64,000 bases of DNA, taken from NCBI GenBank assembly GCA_048213135.1, contig PS015038.1, positions 72,758 through 136,757 on the forward strand, written 5' to 3'. The DNA is from Reclinomonas americana ATCC 50394 (taxonomy: Eukaryota). The position numbers were made by a program, and so were the translations under genes. Position 1 is the first letter of the stretch. Each line of letters opens with the position of its first letter. The notes beneath the pieces were generated by a model, which saw nothing but the letters and a program-made list of their open reading frames with translations, had not been told where the DNA came from and ran no database searches. Positions 1 to 12,575 of this stretch are shown here, one piece after another.

Positions 1-93
1 TAATGTGTGTGCTAACACCGCACACATACACACACAGTTGCGCTCACCGATTTCTTCTTTGCGCACCCGGTTTTTGCCTGGTTGATTCCGGAA

Positions 94-2177
94 ATGTACT
101 CGGTCATCCACGTGCAAGGCGTGCGTATCGTACGCCAGCTCCAGCGCCACAATCGTCTCCGACGACTGACCGGCACCAGCGTGCTGCAATCGCCCGTCGG
201 TGGCCTCGGTTTGTCGGCTCGCTCTCTCTCTCTCACTCACACACACTCACGACAACCACCGTCGGGCCACGCAGAGACGCTGGACTCGGAGAACAGTCAC
301 TCGCACACGCTGTACAACCGCCTGGTCACACAATCTGCCGCCCACGCCGCACCGCTGCCGACTCACGCGGCAGCGCCACCAGCAACTGGTGGTGCCGGAT
401 CCGCCTCGCTAATCGATGCACCGCCTGCTCCGCGTGCGACCGACAAGCTGCGGGTGGCCACCACGCCGCAGACGTTGCACCAGGCTGCACCGGCGCATCT
501 GCACCCGACCTCTGCTGCCTCTGCTGCAGTTTCGACGCCGTCCTCAGTTGTCGGTTCTCACGACCACGTGTTCGATGCGTGGGCGCGCCATCGCATCAGC
601 GTCGCTCCGACTGCTGGCGCCGCCGGACAAGGTGCGCACCCAACCCATGCCATGTAAACTGTTGGTAGTGGAACTTGCACTCACCATTGTTGTCGCTTTT
701 ACTCAACGCTGCACAGCAATCGCTGTTGGCACCGGTCGCCGCACCGCAGGTGTCGACAGTCCCGCCACCCTCACCGGTTTTGGCGCACCTGGTGAGCCGT
801 CTCGTGCCCCTTGCTGCCAGCAAGTAACTCCTTCTTACCATCTCATGAGCAGATGGCAGTGCCTCCATGCACGACTTTTCGCCGGATGGGGTGGGTTGGG
901 CCGGCGGTTTCAGTGGCTCGGCTGCTGGCGGCCTCGGCAACTCGATTCCCTCGCCCATCCTTGCGCCCTCTGGACACGCTGTCAAGATGGCTGGCAACGG
1001 AGCCGGTGGCAGTGCTGGCGGAGCGGGAGCGACTGGTCACGGGGTCGTGCACACTGGCGTAAGTGGCAGCAGCCTGTTCCCCTCCGACTCGCTGGGCACG
1101 TACCGCATGCTCGACACGGCTTCGCACATGGTGGACTGGAGCGGAGCTCACATGACGGACGAGCTGTCGCTTGGCGGTGGTGGCGTCGGCAACAGCAGCG
1201 GCTCCGCTGGTGGCCCGAACTCGTTCGGCGGTTTCGCCCGCAAGAACGCCGGTGCCAGCAATGTTGGTGTTGGCGGTGGCAATGGAGGCAGTGGATCCGC
1301 CATGCTGTTCGACGCACGCGCGTGGTCCGATGTTCCGAGTGGTGCCAGCGGTCGCGCCGGTGTCGGCATGGTCAATGCCGGTCGACCGGGAATTGGGTTG
1401 CCGCAAGGCAGTCCACCGGGCACCATAGGCGTCGTGCAGGGTCCACCAATGGGACCCGGCCTTGGTCTCGGCATGCAGCTCACCGGACCGCCATCGGCGC
1501 AGCTGCTCATGGTGCAACAGCAGCAGCAGCAACAACAACACCAAATGCAGGCAGCACAGCAGCAAGTGCAAATGCTGCAGGCTCAATCTCAACAACAACA
1601 GCAACAGCAGCTCCAACAGCAGCAGCAACAGCAACAGCAGCAGCAGCAGCAATCGGGCCAATTGCAATCCCTCCAATCGCAATCCTCTCAACAAGTGCAA
1701 TCACAACAGCAGCACCACTCGTTGCTCATGGGAGCGTCTGGTGCGTCCGTACATGCGTGCATGTTTTCGTCGTCGTCATGCTCTTGACTGATTCACTCTG
1801 TGTTGAATGACATGCAGCTGTAATCCAGCGCGAGCCATTCCCCGGCTGGGATCTCCGCGTCGTGTACTCTGGCGTGGTCAAGTACCACAGTCGGGGGCTT
1901 GCCTTTATCTACCCCGACGTCCGACCCCCCGAATTCAAGGTACTTACCTCTGTGTCCTCCGTCACCGATGGTCGTTGCTGACGACGAGACGACGGTGCAT
2001 ATGCAGGATCTCGGCATCGCGTGCTTCCCGTCGTCGCTGGCCACCGACACCGCGGTGGGCATGGAGTTCACTGAAATCACCCGCAGTGGCATCCGTGTCG
2101 ACTTCCGCGTGTGTCGCAATCAAGACGATCGCTACAAACACAAGCCAATGTGCTTCGAAGTGCGCCGCAAGAATTAG
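94..2177 (+). CDS. Gly/Gln-rich low-complexity protein with a C-terminal cold-shock/S1-like OB-fold domain (multi-exon; 5' end uncertain)
   Basis: Splicing across introns from 1741 and about 1940 joins the poly-Q exon (867-1740) to ...YSGVVKYHSRGLAFIYPDVRPPEFK/DLGIACFPSSL...GIRVDFRV...KPMCFEVRRKN*, which follows the cold-shock-domain pattern (GxVK, GxxFIxPD, GxRVxF). Confidence 0.55.
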
Positions 2178-2681
2178 GCCACCTCACCCCCACGCAGACA
2201 TAACACTACTCGCTTTCAACTTCGTTTGTTCTTTACCCCTCTGCCCAATACCTCCTCCCATGAGCGCCCGTCAACCCGAACGGTATCCGTCTTCTCTTTC
2301 TCTCTCTCTCTCTCTCCCCTTCTCGATACCACTTGTTCAATGCGCTCCACTCTTCTCCCTCACTCTTTCTCTCCCTCCTCCTCCCTCTTCATCAATATGA
2401 TCATCCCAATGAAATCGACGGCGCCATCTCTCACAACGACAACAACAAGCACTTCAACTGTACACCCACCAAGTACCTTCACTAGTCGACTGGTGAGCAA
2501 ACGCGCTAGTGACGCCAACGAGGGAGAAAGCAACCAAAATCTCACGATATACGCATGCATGCACACTGCCACACAAAAAATCACACACGGCAAGTGGCAC
2601 AGAAAGANNNNNNNNNNNNNNNNNNNNTTGATGTGTTCGACAATGATCACACACACAATTCTCAACTGCGATCACACACAG

Positions 2682-4246
2682 CCTGGCGGCTTCAACTTTC
2701 CCCACCATCACCACCCGCACCACCATCAGCAGGCGGCGGCGCAAGCACATCGCCACCACGCGCACGAGATGGAACCGCGTCCGCGATCGTCATCTCGTGG
2801 TCATCATCAGTCGCACCACCGAGGCGACGATGTGGATTACACCTACTCGTCTGACGACTCGGAGCGGCGCCATGGTGATGAGGGTCGAGTGCACGACGAC
2901 TATTACGATCCGTACGACCCGTACGAGCGACGCGTACGCACCGCCCCGCCGGATCACACAGGTGAGCGGTGGGGGAGTTCGTGTTCGAATCCATTGTTGG
3001 TTGTCAGCTACTCACGCCCACTCACAGGTGACAGCCTTGGCTCACATCCACTCTCGTACCCAACGGCACTGGATGAGGGCGCACCACCGATGCCGCACTT
3101 GCAGGCTCAGCGGCGACACTCGTTGCGTGCTCTATTGTGTGTGTGTGTGTTTTTTGGCTTGATCGTGAAACACATGAGAGTAACGCGACGGTGCCTTGTG
3201 CAGTGGAGGAAAGCGACCCGCGTCGGCACAGCAGGCGCAGCACATTCAGCCACGCGGACCGCCGGTGCGATCACGCAACGCGGTACGTCGAGACATCTCA
3301 CTGCACCATTGGCCAGAGGTGTTGTCGCACTCGCTCACCAATCATCATCCAGGCTGAGGGCGAGCCACGGCCGCGTTCCGCCAGTCGCACACGCTCAAAG
3401 AAGTCCGCCTCTAAACGACCAGGCAGCAGCGGCAGCTCACGTCAGCGTGGATCATCATCGCCACAGCGTCAGCAACACAACGAGGTGGAGGACATGTATG
3501 CCGCGCTCAGGAGGAGAGCGGAGATGCCGTCGCCACGCAGTGGTCATCGGTTGGTGACGCCGGAGCACGTGGACGACCGGTCGGAGGGCGAGGAGGAATA
3601 CCACCACTATGAAGACGACATGGTGGATCGAGGGGTTTGTGTGCTTCAGTGCGGAAGCGATCGGACGTACTCATGTGACTGATGACCTCTTGTTTTTTTA
3701 CACACAGGTTGGTGTCTCTCGACTCGGCCCACCACGGCGGATTCCCACTCCCGGTCCTCAGTCGCAGCAGCGACCAGCCTCGGCGGGCCGGCGACCTCCG
3801 TCAGCGCAGAGCCGCCAGTCACGAGCACCGGGCACGCCAGGTTGCGTTTCTCTCTCACTCTCTCTCCTTCTCTGTTGTCTGCTCGCTCCTCACCCTGTTC
3901 GACAGGCTCGGCAAGTGTCATTCACGGCGGTTTGTCCTCACGACCACTCGGTAGCGCCGCCGCTGTGCGGTCCGTTTCCAGCAGCCGTCGGCGACACGAT
4001 CCGGTCTCCAGCTACCACCGCATGCAGGATGTGTGGAGTCGCGACCGTTTCCTGGTGCAGGATCAGCGTGGCCACAAGGAGCTGAGGTGGGCGGTGCGAT
4101 GCCAGATGTTGTCACAGCCGGCCGACGATTTTGCTGTTGCGTGGGATCAACCCTCACCACCACCGACAGCCGCACCAGTGCCGTCGGCGCGGAGACACAC
4201 TCCGTCGCAACCTCACCAGCTGCATCCGCGTGAGTGGGTGTCGTAG
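2682..4246 (+). CDS. HYLS1: HYLS1 (hydrolethalus/centriolar protein), 3' exons; the block is probably mis-oriented
   Basis: The last exon encodes HDPVSSYHRMQDVWSRDRFLVQDQRGHKELRWAVRCQML, matching the HYLS1 C-terminal motif (DPVxxY...W....KELRWxVRxQM). GT-AG introns link the upstream exons. Confidence 0.75.
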
Positions 4247-4519
4247 TAACCGAGTCGTTTGAGATCTAATTAGAATCCAGCTACTCCTTGTGTGTGTGTG
4301 CTCTTCCTCTCCTCCCTCAGNNNNNNNNNNNNNNNNNNNNNNNNNNNNNNNNNNNNNNNNNNNNNNNNNNNNNNNNNNNNNNNNNNNNNNNNNNNNNNNN
4401 NNNNNNNNNNNNNNNNNNNNNNNNNNNNNNNNNNNNNNNNNNNNNNNNNNNNNNNNNNNNNNNNNNNNNNNNNNNNNNNNNNNNNNNNNNNNNNNNNNNN
4501 NNNNNNNNNNNNNNNNNNN

Positions 4520-5071
4520 CACTGTACCTCCTGCATGTGGTGGTGATGTCGGTGCTCGGGCTGGTGGTGGTGATGGTGGTGGCGTCGTTGACCGTCGGCG
4601 GTCGCTCCCACCAACGGCTGAACGGACGCGGCCGCCTGCTTTGACTGCGTCTGCTGCGCCTGTTGCTGTTGCGCCTGCTGTTGTTGCTGTTGCTGTTGCT
4701 GCTGTTGCGCCAGCAGGAGCTGTGCTTGCTGCTGCTGTTGCTGCAACAGCTGTTGCGCCTGCTGTTGCTGTTGCGCCTGCTGCTGCTGTTGTTGTTGCTG
4801 TTGTTGCTGCTGCTGTTCAATCATGGCCTTCTGTTGCGCTTCGTGCGACGCGACCTGAGCGCGCAGCTCGTCGATGAACGCCTCCAGCTGTGCACCATCA
4901 ACAACGCCAAAGGAGAGGGGGAGGAGAGAGGGGGTGTTGGGACGATTTCTCGCGCCATGGCCAACGCGAAACGCGACAACGACGCAACGACATGCTCTGG
5001 CACGTGATCGTAGCCCAGATCGCGCAGCTGCTCGATCACGTCCTCACGGCGGATCTCGAGCGATGAGTTCA
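4520..5071 (-). CDS. HYLS1: HYLS1 5' exons (N-terminal helix plus poly-Q), gap-bounded
   Basis: Spliced translation (M)NSSLEIRREDVIEQLRDLGYDHVPEHV/LEAFIDELRAQ resembles the HYLS1 N-terminus. It ends at a phase-0 donor that is compatible with the phase-0 acceptor at 2681. Confidence 0.6.
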
Positions 5072-5532
5072 NNNNNNNNNNNNNNNNNNNNNNNNNNNNN
5101 NNNNNNNNNNNNNNNNNNNNNNNNNNNNNNNNNNNNNNNNNNNNNNNNNNNNNNNNNNNNNNNNNNNNNNNNNNNNNNNNNNNNNNNNNNNNNNNNNNNN
5201 NNNNNNNNNNNNNNNNNNNNNNNNNNNNNNNNNNNNNNNNNNNNNNNNNNNNNNNNNNNNNNNNNNNNNNNNNNNNNNNNNNNNNNNNNNNNNNNNNNNN
5301 NNNNNNNNNNNNNNNNNNNNNNNNNNNNNNNNNNNNNNNNNNNNNNNNNNNNNNNNNNNNNNNNNNNNNNNNNNNNNNNNNNNNNNNNNNNNNNNNNNNN
5401 NNNNNNNNNNNNNNNNNNNNNNNNNTCGGGAACGGTGCTTTTCTCTCTCCTCTCACACTCGAAAAAAATGAGAACCAACTAGCCGTTTCTAACCGTTGCA
5501 GGTCCAGAATCTGGTGATTGTGGAGTAAAGCC

Positions 5533-5884
5533 ATGTTTAGCGATCGGAGCATGTATCGACAGCTGCTGCGGGCTGCGCAGCAGTGCCGCGGTGGCGTGCG
5601 GCTGCGCGGAACCATCGTGCAAGTGGTGCGCGACGGGGCACGAAGAGCGCGCGATTGGGTCGGCGACGACGAGGGTCGACGGTCTGCTGAACCACACGTT
5701 GTGGTCGCCGCTCTCTCTCTCTCTCTCTCACACACACTGATCTCACAGGGCGGAGGCACGAGAGGCGGCGCGGGTGGCACTCGTGACCATGCAGGAGGTG
5801 CTGGTGACCGGCGAAGTCGACGAGCATCTTGCACGCATGCTCGACATGCGCCGATCGGAGCCCGAGGCGAGAAAGAGGTCGTGA
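5533..5884 (+). CDS. Small LYR-motif-like protein (2 exons), putatively mitochondrial
   Basis: MFSDRSMYRQLLRAAQQ... resembles LYRxLLR. One phase-2 intron (about 5682-5748) restores a frame ending ARKRS*. Confidence 0.45.
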
Positions 5885-5945
5885 CACACGATGAGAAGCA
5901 AGAGACAGTTGTACTCTCGTTCTTGGCGGCCACGCGGCAAAACAA

Positions 5946-7816
5946 TCACCTCCGAATGCGACGTTTGCGGGGTCGCGGAGCGGATGGCATCGCACCGCCG
6001 GCGGCGGCGGCGGCCGCTGCAGCGGCTGCAGCTCCGGCCGAGCGACGTCGCGGAAACAGACGAATGGGAACGCCCTCCAACTCGAACTCGTCGCGAATGG
6101 CGTTGGAGAGGAACTTGGTGGCCGACTCGGGGAATTCATCTGCCCCCAGATAGAAGACGGCAAAGGTCGGTGGTCTTGCCGTCACTTGCGTCACGTATTG
6201 CACGTGCAGGCCACTCTGTGCCAGTGGTCGCTCCACCAGCAGCGCACGAATGAATCGATTCAGTGGTGCGGTGGCGATGCGCTTGTTCCATTTGTCATAC
6301 GTGCGCACCACCGTGTCCATCAGCGACTGTGTGCCAGAGTGCGCAAGGCCACTCAGCGGTACCACCGGCACTCCGCGTGCCTGCACACGATCCAATCGCT
6401 CTCTCACGTACTTGAACACTCGTTCGCGATCGGAGGACTCCTGCAGCAGGTCCCACTTGCTGACGCCAACCACCAGTGCCCGACCCTCTTCCAGCACCTG
6501 ACGTATGAGCGTCAACTCCTCACGAGTCAGCACCTCATGCGCCTCCGTCAACAGCACCACCACATTGGCAAAATGGATCGCACGCAGTGCATCCTGGCGA
6601 GACTGCGTGTCCAACTGCGTGCCCATGGTCTGCGTAATGATTCGCCGACGCAGACCGGCCGTGTCCACCAGCAACAGCTCGCGCGATCCGTACCGGCAAC
6701 GCAGCTGCACTGCGTCGCGTGTCACACCCGGCTGTGCGCCCGTGGCCACGCGCGAGAACCCGAGAAGGGCGTTCACCAGCGTGCTCTGTAGGAGAACGGG
6801 GAAGTGAGATATCATGCAAAAGTCGCAAACACACACTCATGCACACACACATACACGCACACACCTTGCCGGCGTTTGGTCGCCCGATAATGGCGAGACG
6901 CAGCAAGTCCTCCTTCTCCGCCACGGGCAGCACGGTCTTGCGCGATGGTGGTCGCTGCATGATGGCCAGCGTTTCCGCACTGGTGCCCATTGCCGCGTGG
7001 TAGGCCTCGAAGTGTGGTCGCACGGCATCGGCGAGCGCTGCGAAGCCAAAGCCAGTCTCTGCGCTCACCTCGGCCGGTTCGTAGTCTCGGCGCAGCATGA
7101 CACGCGCCACGTCGTTGTCATCGTACGATTCGGTGCCGGTGTCGCACTTGTTGAAGACGAGCTCGTACGGCACCGTCTGACTGCGCTGCGCCAACCACTT
7201 GCCAATGTGGAACTCGGAGGGCGTCAAACCCTCGCGAATGTCGGCCACCAGCAGCACCAGGTTCGACGCACGGATGGCGTCCTGCACTTGGCTCTCGAGT
7301 GAGGTCTATACGAGAACGGTGAGAGAGTGGTACGCGCATCAAGAGCACGCATGCATGCATGCACGCAACAATGTCGTCGGCACCCGGTGCGTCAATCACG
7401 TGGAAACGCATGTTGCCGAGTTGCGCCACATCAGCTTGCCAGTCACGTGTGGTGCCTGAGCACACAGGCCATGCATGGTGAGACTGAAGACACAGGCAGA
7501 GAGAGAAAGAGAGAGAGAGGCGACCAACCGGGCGTGTTGTTCACAATCGCATGCTGTGCGCCAACCAGGCGGTTAAAGATGGTGCTCTTGCCGACATTGG
7601 GTCGCCCCACAAGGCACACCGTAAAGTCCTTCGGTTGTACAACCTGCGCCCACACGGATCGCGGGATGAGCAATTTCGTACACGGAGTGAAGAAAGAGAG
7701 AGAGAGAAAGCTGGATGCACCTCCAGCAGCGGCCTTGTGGATGCGGGTGGAGCAGGCAGACCACCTGAGGAGAACAGACGTGACACGCACAGCTGCAGAC
7801 GTGCTCTCCACAGCAT
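5946..7816 (-). CDS. engA: Der/EngA double GTPase, organellar (probably mitochondrial) ribosome biogenesis
   Basis: Two G domains: [16 protein letters not shown] and GRPNAGKS/DTAG/SKWD. The C-terminal KH-like region reads [12 protein letters not shown]...F.LEGVPIRL. The Arg-rich N-terminus looks like a presequence. Confidence 0.92.
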
Positions 7817-7869
7817 CGTGTTGACGGGAATGAAGGACAAGTGTGCGTCCCACCACCACCAGCGAAGAG

Positions 7870-8871
7870 ATGAAACGCCGAGCGGGTATCGCCGGCCTCA
7901 CACGAAAGCAACAGACAGAGGTGTGCTGCCGGTGCCTCTCTCCGTCTCCCTTGTCCACTTTCTCTCACACACGCTGACGAGCAGGAAAAGTTCAAGCGCG
8001 TGGGCGATGAGCTGGCCACCAGTCAGCGCACGCAGGTGAGAACCGTGCCTGTGACTCCATCGCAGTGTACATGCCCACCCACTCGCTCTTGCTGTGCGCG
8101 CGTCAGATGCTCGAGCAAATGTCGTTCCTCAAGGGCAAGCTGGAGGAGTTTGCCGATCGCCACCGTGACGAGATTGCCGGCAACCCCGAGCTGCGTCGGC
8201 ACTTTACCAAGATGTGCCAGCGCATTGGTGTGGATCCACTGGCCTGTTGCGTGGCATGACGAAAGAGGCGCTCTTTCACACCCATCACTCACTGCCCTGG
8301 GCGTGATCAGCGAAAAAGGGCTTCTGGGCCGAGTTGTTGGGCGTCGGCGACTTTTACTACGAGGTGGCGGTGCGTGCTGCCGAGGTGTGTATGCACACTC
8401 GTGTCGACAATGGCGGCCTGATGGATCTCGACGAGCTGGTGGACACGCTCAATCGACGCCGCTCACGAACGCAGCCAGAGGTTGTCTCTCTCTCTCTTCT
8501 GCATTGTCTCCTTTGCCACGCTGATGATCTCTCGGGGGTAGGTGGCGCGTCACGACGTGAAGCGGGCGATTGAGAAGCTGCGCGTGCTGGGCGGCGGTCT
8601 GCGCCTGCTCAAGATGGGCAAGCAGCACCACGGACGCACGCTGGTGCAGTCGGTGCCGCAGGAGCTGAACGTGGATCACCAGGCGCTGCTGCAACTGGCG
8701 GAGGAGCGCGGCTTCTTCACCATGACGCAGGTGCGCGAGCGATTGCGGTGGGATGTGGAGCGCACGCGACAGGCGCTGGAGCTGTTGATGCAGTCGGAGA
8801 TGGTGTGGGTGGACGCGCAGGCGGCAGAGGAGGAGCAGTACTGGTTCTCGTGCTTCTTCACGTTTTCATGA
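7870..8871 (+). CDS. SNF8: ESCRT-II subunit Vps22/SNF8
   Basis: [10 protein letters not shown]...[44 protein letters not shown]...LVQSVP.ELN.D...WVD.QA..E..YWF, over 5 exons. Confidence 0.95.
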
Positions 8872-8968
8872 TTAAAAAAAAAAGAAGAAGTGGCAAAAAA
8901 GTGATGCGGTCAGGCCGACGAGGCAGGAGTTGGTCCCACCCCTCCTCAGTGCGTTTTCTTCGCGACCT

Positions 8969-9387
8969 ATGACACTGCCGGCTTTTGTTTGCTGCGAATA
9001 CGCCCTCAACCGGTACACCGACTTCAAAGATGACGACTACTTGCGTAGCCTGTGTGCCACGCACGGCGCGAAGCCGAGGGACCACAGACCTGCGTCGCTT
9101 CCGCATGACGCGGTCGACCATCTAGTGCGACACCCGCAAAGGCACACGTCGTAGTCGGGTATGGGGGCTCACAACCCACGGCAACCTTCCACACATCACG
9201 AGTGGGCACCTTGTCGCAGATGCTTACAGAGACTCGCCACATCTCCCCGACTGGAGAGCATGCACGCGCGCTGCGCCTCTTACATGCGCGACGCCACTGG
9301 TGCATTGCTGGCTTGTGGGATCGTGATGTGGAAATTGTTTCGCGCCGAATCATCTTGGAGGAATGCATGTCATGGGAGGAGGAGTGA
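8969..9387 (+). CDS. Hypothetical small two-exon protein
   Basis: ORF MTLPAFVCCEY...VDHL joins in phase 0 through a GT-AG intron (about 9125-9219) to MLTETRH...SWEEE*. No recognisable motif. Confidence 0.3.
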
Positions 9388-9696
9388 GTTGCGTGCTGGC
9401 CAGGTGTTAACGAGTGATCATGATGGTGGGGAAGGCGGTGCTTGCTGGTGGAGAGAGCACAGTGGCCAACATGACTTGATTGCATTTGCTCGATGACTCA
9501 TCATGCCATCGACTTGTTCATCCAGCGCGTGTGGTGAGTGCACGCCTGCTCCCCTCCTGTGCAGTCAGTCTGAGTGAGAGTGAGAGAGGAGCAAGCAGCA
9601 ACGAGTGCTATGTCTGTCTGTGTTGGGGCGTGTCTTGTGTTGGCTCGTGCACATTCACATCAACAGCCTCGCTCACTCACGCACACACAGAAAAAA

Positions 9697-11299
9697 TGGA
9701 AGTCGACGAGCGGCTGGTGATGGGTGAGGCGGAGATGGGCGCCGATGATGACGCCGAGGCCATCCGCCGCATCAACAGCAACAATCGCAAGAATCGCGGT
9801 CTGCTGGAGAGTGGTGTGGGTGGCAGGAAAAAGGTCAAGTCGGGTGGCTTTCAGAGCATGGGTGAGTGCCTCCTCCTCCCCCCACCCTTCTGTGTTTGTG
9901 TGTTGTTCTCTCAACACTGCGTGCACAGAGCTGTCGAAGCCGGTGTTTCAGGCCATTATGAAGAAGGGCTATCGTGTGCCCACACCCGTGCAGCGCAAGG
10001 TCATTCCGATGGCACTCGCCGGCAAGGACGTGGTGGCCATGGCCCGTACTGGTGTGTGTTCAACCCTCGCATCTGTGTGGCCTCTTCTTTGTGTGTGCTC
10101 ATTGAGCCACCACAGGTTCCGGCAAGACGGCTGCGTTCCTCATTCCGATGTTTGAGCGGCTTCAGCAGCATCAGCAGCGAGTGGGCGCGCGTGCCGTCAT
10201 CCTGTCGCCGACGCGTGAGCTGGCGCTGCAGACGTATCGCTTCGTGGAGGAACTCGGCAAGTTCCTCAACCTGCGCGCCAGTCTCATTGTTGGTGGTGAT
10301 GCGCTGGAGGAGCAGGTTAGCGAGTCGGATTGTGTATGTGTGTGTCTTCTTCCCCACCTTGTTGTTGTTGCTCACCACATCGCTGCAGTTCACAGAGATG
10401 CTGAAGAACCCCGACATTATCATCGCCACCCCCGGTCGTCTGCTGCACGTGATGGTGGAGACGGAGTTGTCGCTGAAGACAGTCGAGTTTCTGGTGTTTG
10501 ACGAGGCCGATCGGCTGTTCGAGATGGGCTTCTCGGTGCAGATTCACGACATTCTGCGGCGCATGTCGTCGGAGCGGCGACAGACGCTGCTCTTCTCGGC
10601 CACCATGCCCTCGATCCTGGCGGACTTTGCCAAGGCCGGTCTGCGCGATCCGGTGGTGGTTCGCCTCGACACGGAGCACAAGTTGCCGGAGCGCTTGCGC
10701 TTCTCGTTCTTCACCACGCGCAAAGAGGAGAAGCTCTCCTGCTTGTTGTACCTGTTGGAGAACGTCATTTACCCGAAGGAGCAGACGGTGGTGTTTGTGG
10801 CCACCAGGTATGCTTTCTGAGTGGGGTTTCACCTTCTACCAGTATCTGACTCTTTGCGGGACTGCGCAGGCATCACGTCGAGTACTTGCACGATGTGCTC
10901 GCCAAGATGAACATTCGCAGCTCGATGATTTACGGCCAGATGGACCAGCTGTCGCGTCGTCTCAACCTGGCGCAGTTCCGCACACGACAGACCATGGTGT
11001 TGATTGTGACCGATGTGGCGGCTCGTGGTATCGGTGAGAAAGGCGACAGCAAGAAAAAGGGGGAAGAGCGACTCGTGAACTCACGTGCTGGTGTTTTCGC
11101 AGATGTACCGCTCCTCGACAATGTCATCAACTTTGACTTCCCGGCCAAGCCCAAGGTCTTTGTGCATCGTGTCGGTCGTGTGGCTCGTGCTGGCCGCACT
11201 GGTGTTGCCTACTCTCTAGTGGCGCCAGACGAGGTGCGTGTGTGTGTGTGTGCTTATCAAACGTGCGTGCGTGGTACTGTTGCTCACTCGCGCGCGCGC

Positions 11300-11354
<55 letters not shown>

Positions 11355-11696
11355 TGCCGTACATGGTCGACTTGCACTTGTTCCTCGGGCGTCCGCTGCG
11401 CAACGACAAGCGACCCGGCGACAATGCCGACACGGTGTACTATGGCAAGTTCCCGCAAGATATCATTGACCATTACGGCGAGTCGGTGCGCAAGCTGCAC
11501 GACAGCAATCCAGACATGGTGAGTTTGTCGCGCAAGGAGGAGGAGGAGGAGGAGGGTGGTGATGCTCATCCCGGTCGCTTGCAGGAGGCTTTGTTGCGCA
11601 TTTCCACCAACGCGTACAAGTTGTACAACAAGACGCGTTCTCGCCCGTCGCCCGAGTCCGTGAACCGTGCCAAGGAGCTGGATCTCAGTCGCATCC
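9697..11696 (+). CDS. DDX54: DEAD-box RNA helicase DDX54/DBP10, 5' part (runs into a gap)
   Basis: KSGGFQSM, Q-motif [67 protein letters not shown]. Confidence 0.95.
11289..11350. repeat. (CG)n-(TG)n compound microsatellite in a DDX54 intron
   Basis: A cgcgcg... run followed directly by a long gtgtgt... run; alternating purine-pyrimidine. Confidence 0.9.
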
Positions 11697-12011
11697 NNNN
11701 NNNNNNNNNNNNNNNNNNNNNNNNNNNNNNNNNNNNNNNNNNNNNNNNNNNNNNNNNNNNNNNNNNNNNNNNNNNNNNNNNNNNNNNNNNNNNNNNNNNN
11801 NNNNNNNNNNNNNNNNNNNNNNNNNNNNNNNNNNNNNNNNNNNNNNNNNNNNNNNNNNNNNNNNNNNNNNNNNNNNNNNNNNNNNNNNNNNNNNNNNNNN
11901 NNNNNNNNNNNNNNNNNNNNNNNNNNNNNNNNNNNNNNNNNNNNNNNNNNNNNNNNNNNNNNNNNNNNNNNNNNNNNNNNNNNNNNNNNNNNNNNNNNNN
12001 NNNNNNNNNNN

Positions 12012-12575
12012 CGACCGCCACCTCCGCCTCGACCACCACCACGTCCGCCACCGCCACCACCACCACCACCACCGCGCTTCCAGGACAGACGCTGTCGCTC
12101 CTTCTCACGATGCTGGCGTTCCTTGCGAATGGTGTTCTCGTCGCGCAATGCGCCGTCATCCGGCGCCCGCCACCCGCCACGATGAGCGCCAGCCGGCGGT
12201 GCCGCTGCAGTCGCCGGTCTTGTGTGGTGCTTGAAGCGTGAGCCGATGCGAGTCGACGGTGCCGACGCCACCACTGCCGCGTCTTCCACTTCGCCGGCCT
12301 TTTGCAGGCGCTGCTTGGTCTTCTGCGTCCACTTCTCGTACACCTTTGTCTTCTTCATCGCCGTGTGCACCACTTGTCCGCTCTCCGTGCGCATGCGTCG
12401 CTGGCCAGACTCGGCCACCTCGGTGCCATCCGACGTCACCTTTCGTCGCACATAGTTGCGTCGCTGCGGGTCCCACTTCATCACGTAGCGCTGTCGCCGA
12501 ATCGCGTCGGCGTCTTCCGGCACCAAATCCAACACCATGTCGTCCAGTCGATCGCTGCGCTCTCGAATCGCATAC
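12012..12575 (-). CDS. DDX54: DDX54/DBP10 C-terminal exon (DBP10CT-like), inverted relative to the 5' part
   Basis: DDMVLDLVPED...MKWDPQRRNYV...RMRTESGQVV...YEKW...GG/RG-rich tail. The block has N runs on both sides. Confidence 0.8.

Noticed and set aside
843-1700. Long poly-Leu and other antisense or overlapping ORFs in the ORF track
   Set aside because: They are shadows of CAG/CAA repeats and of GC-rich coding sequence on the other strand.
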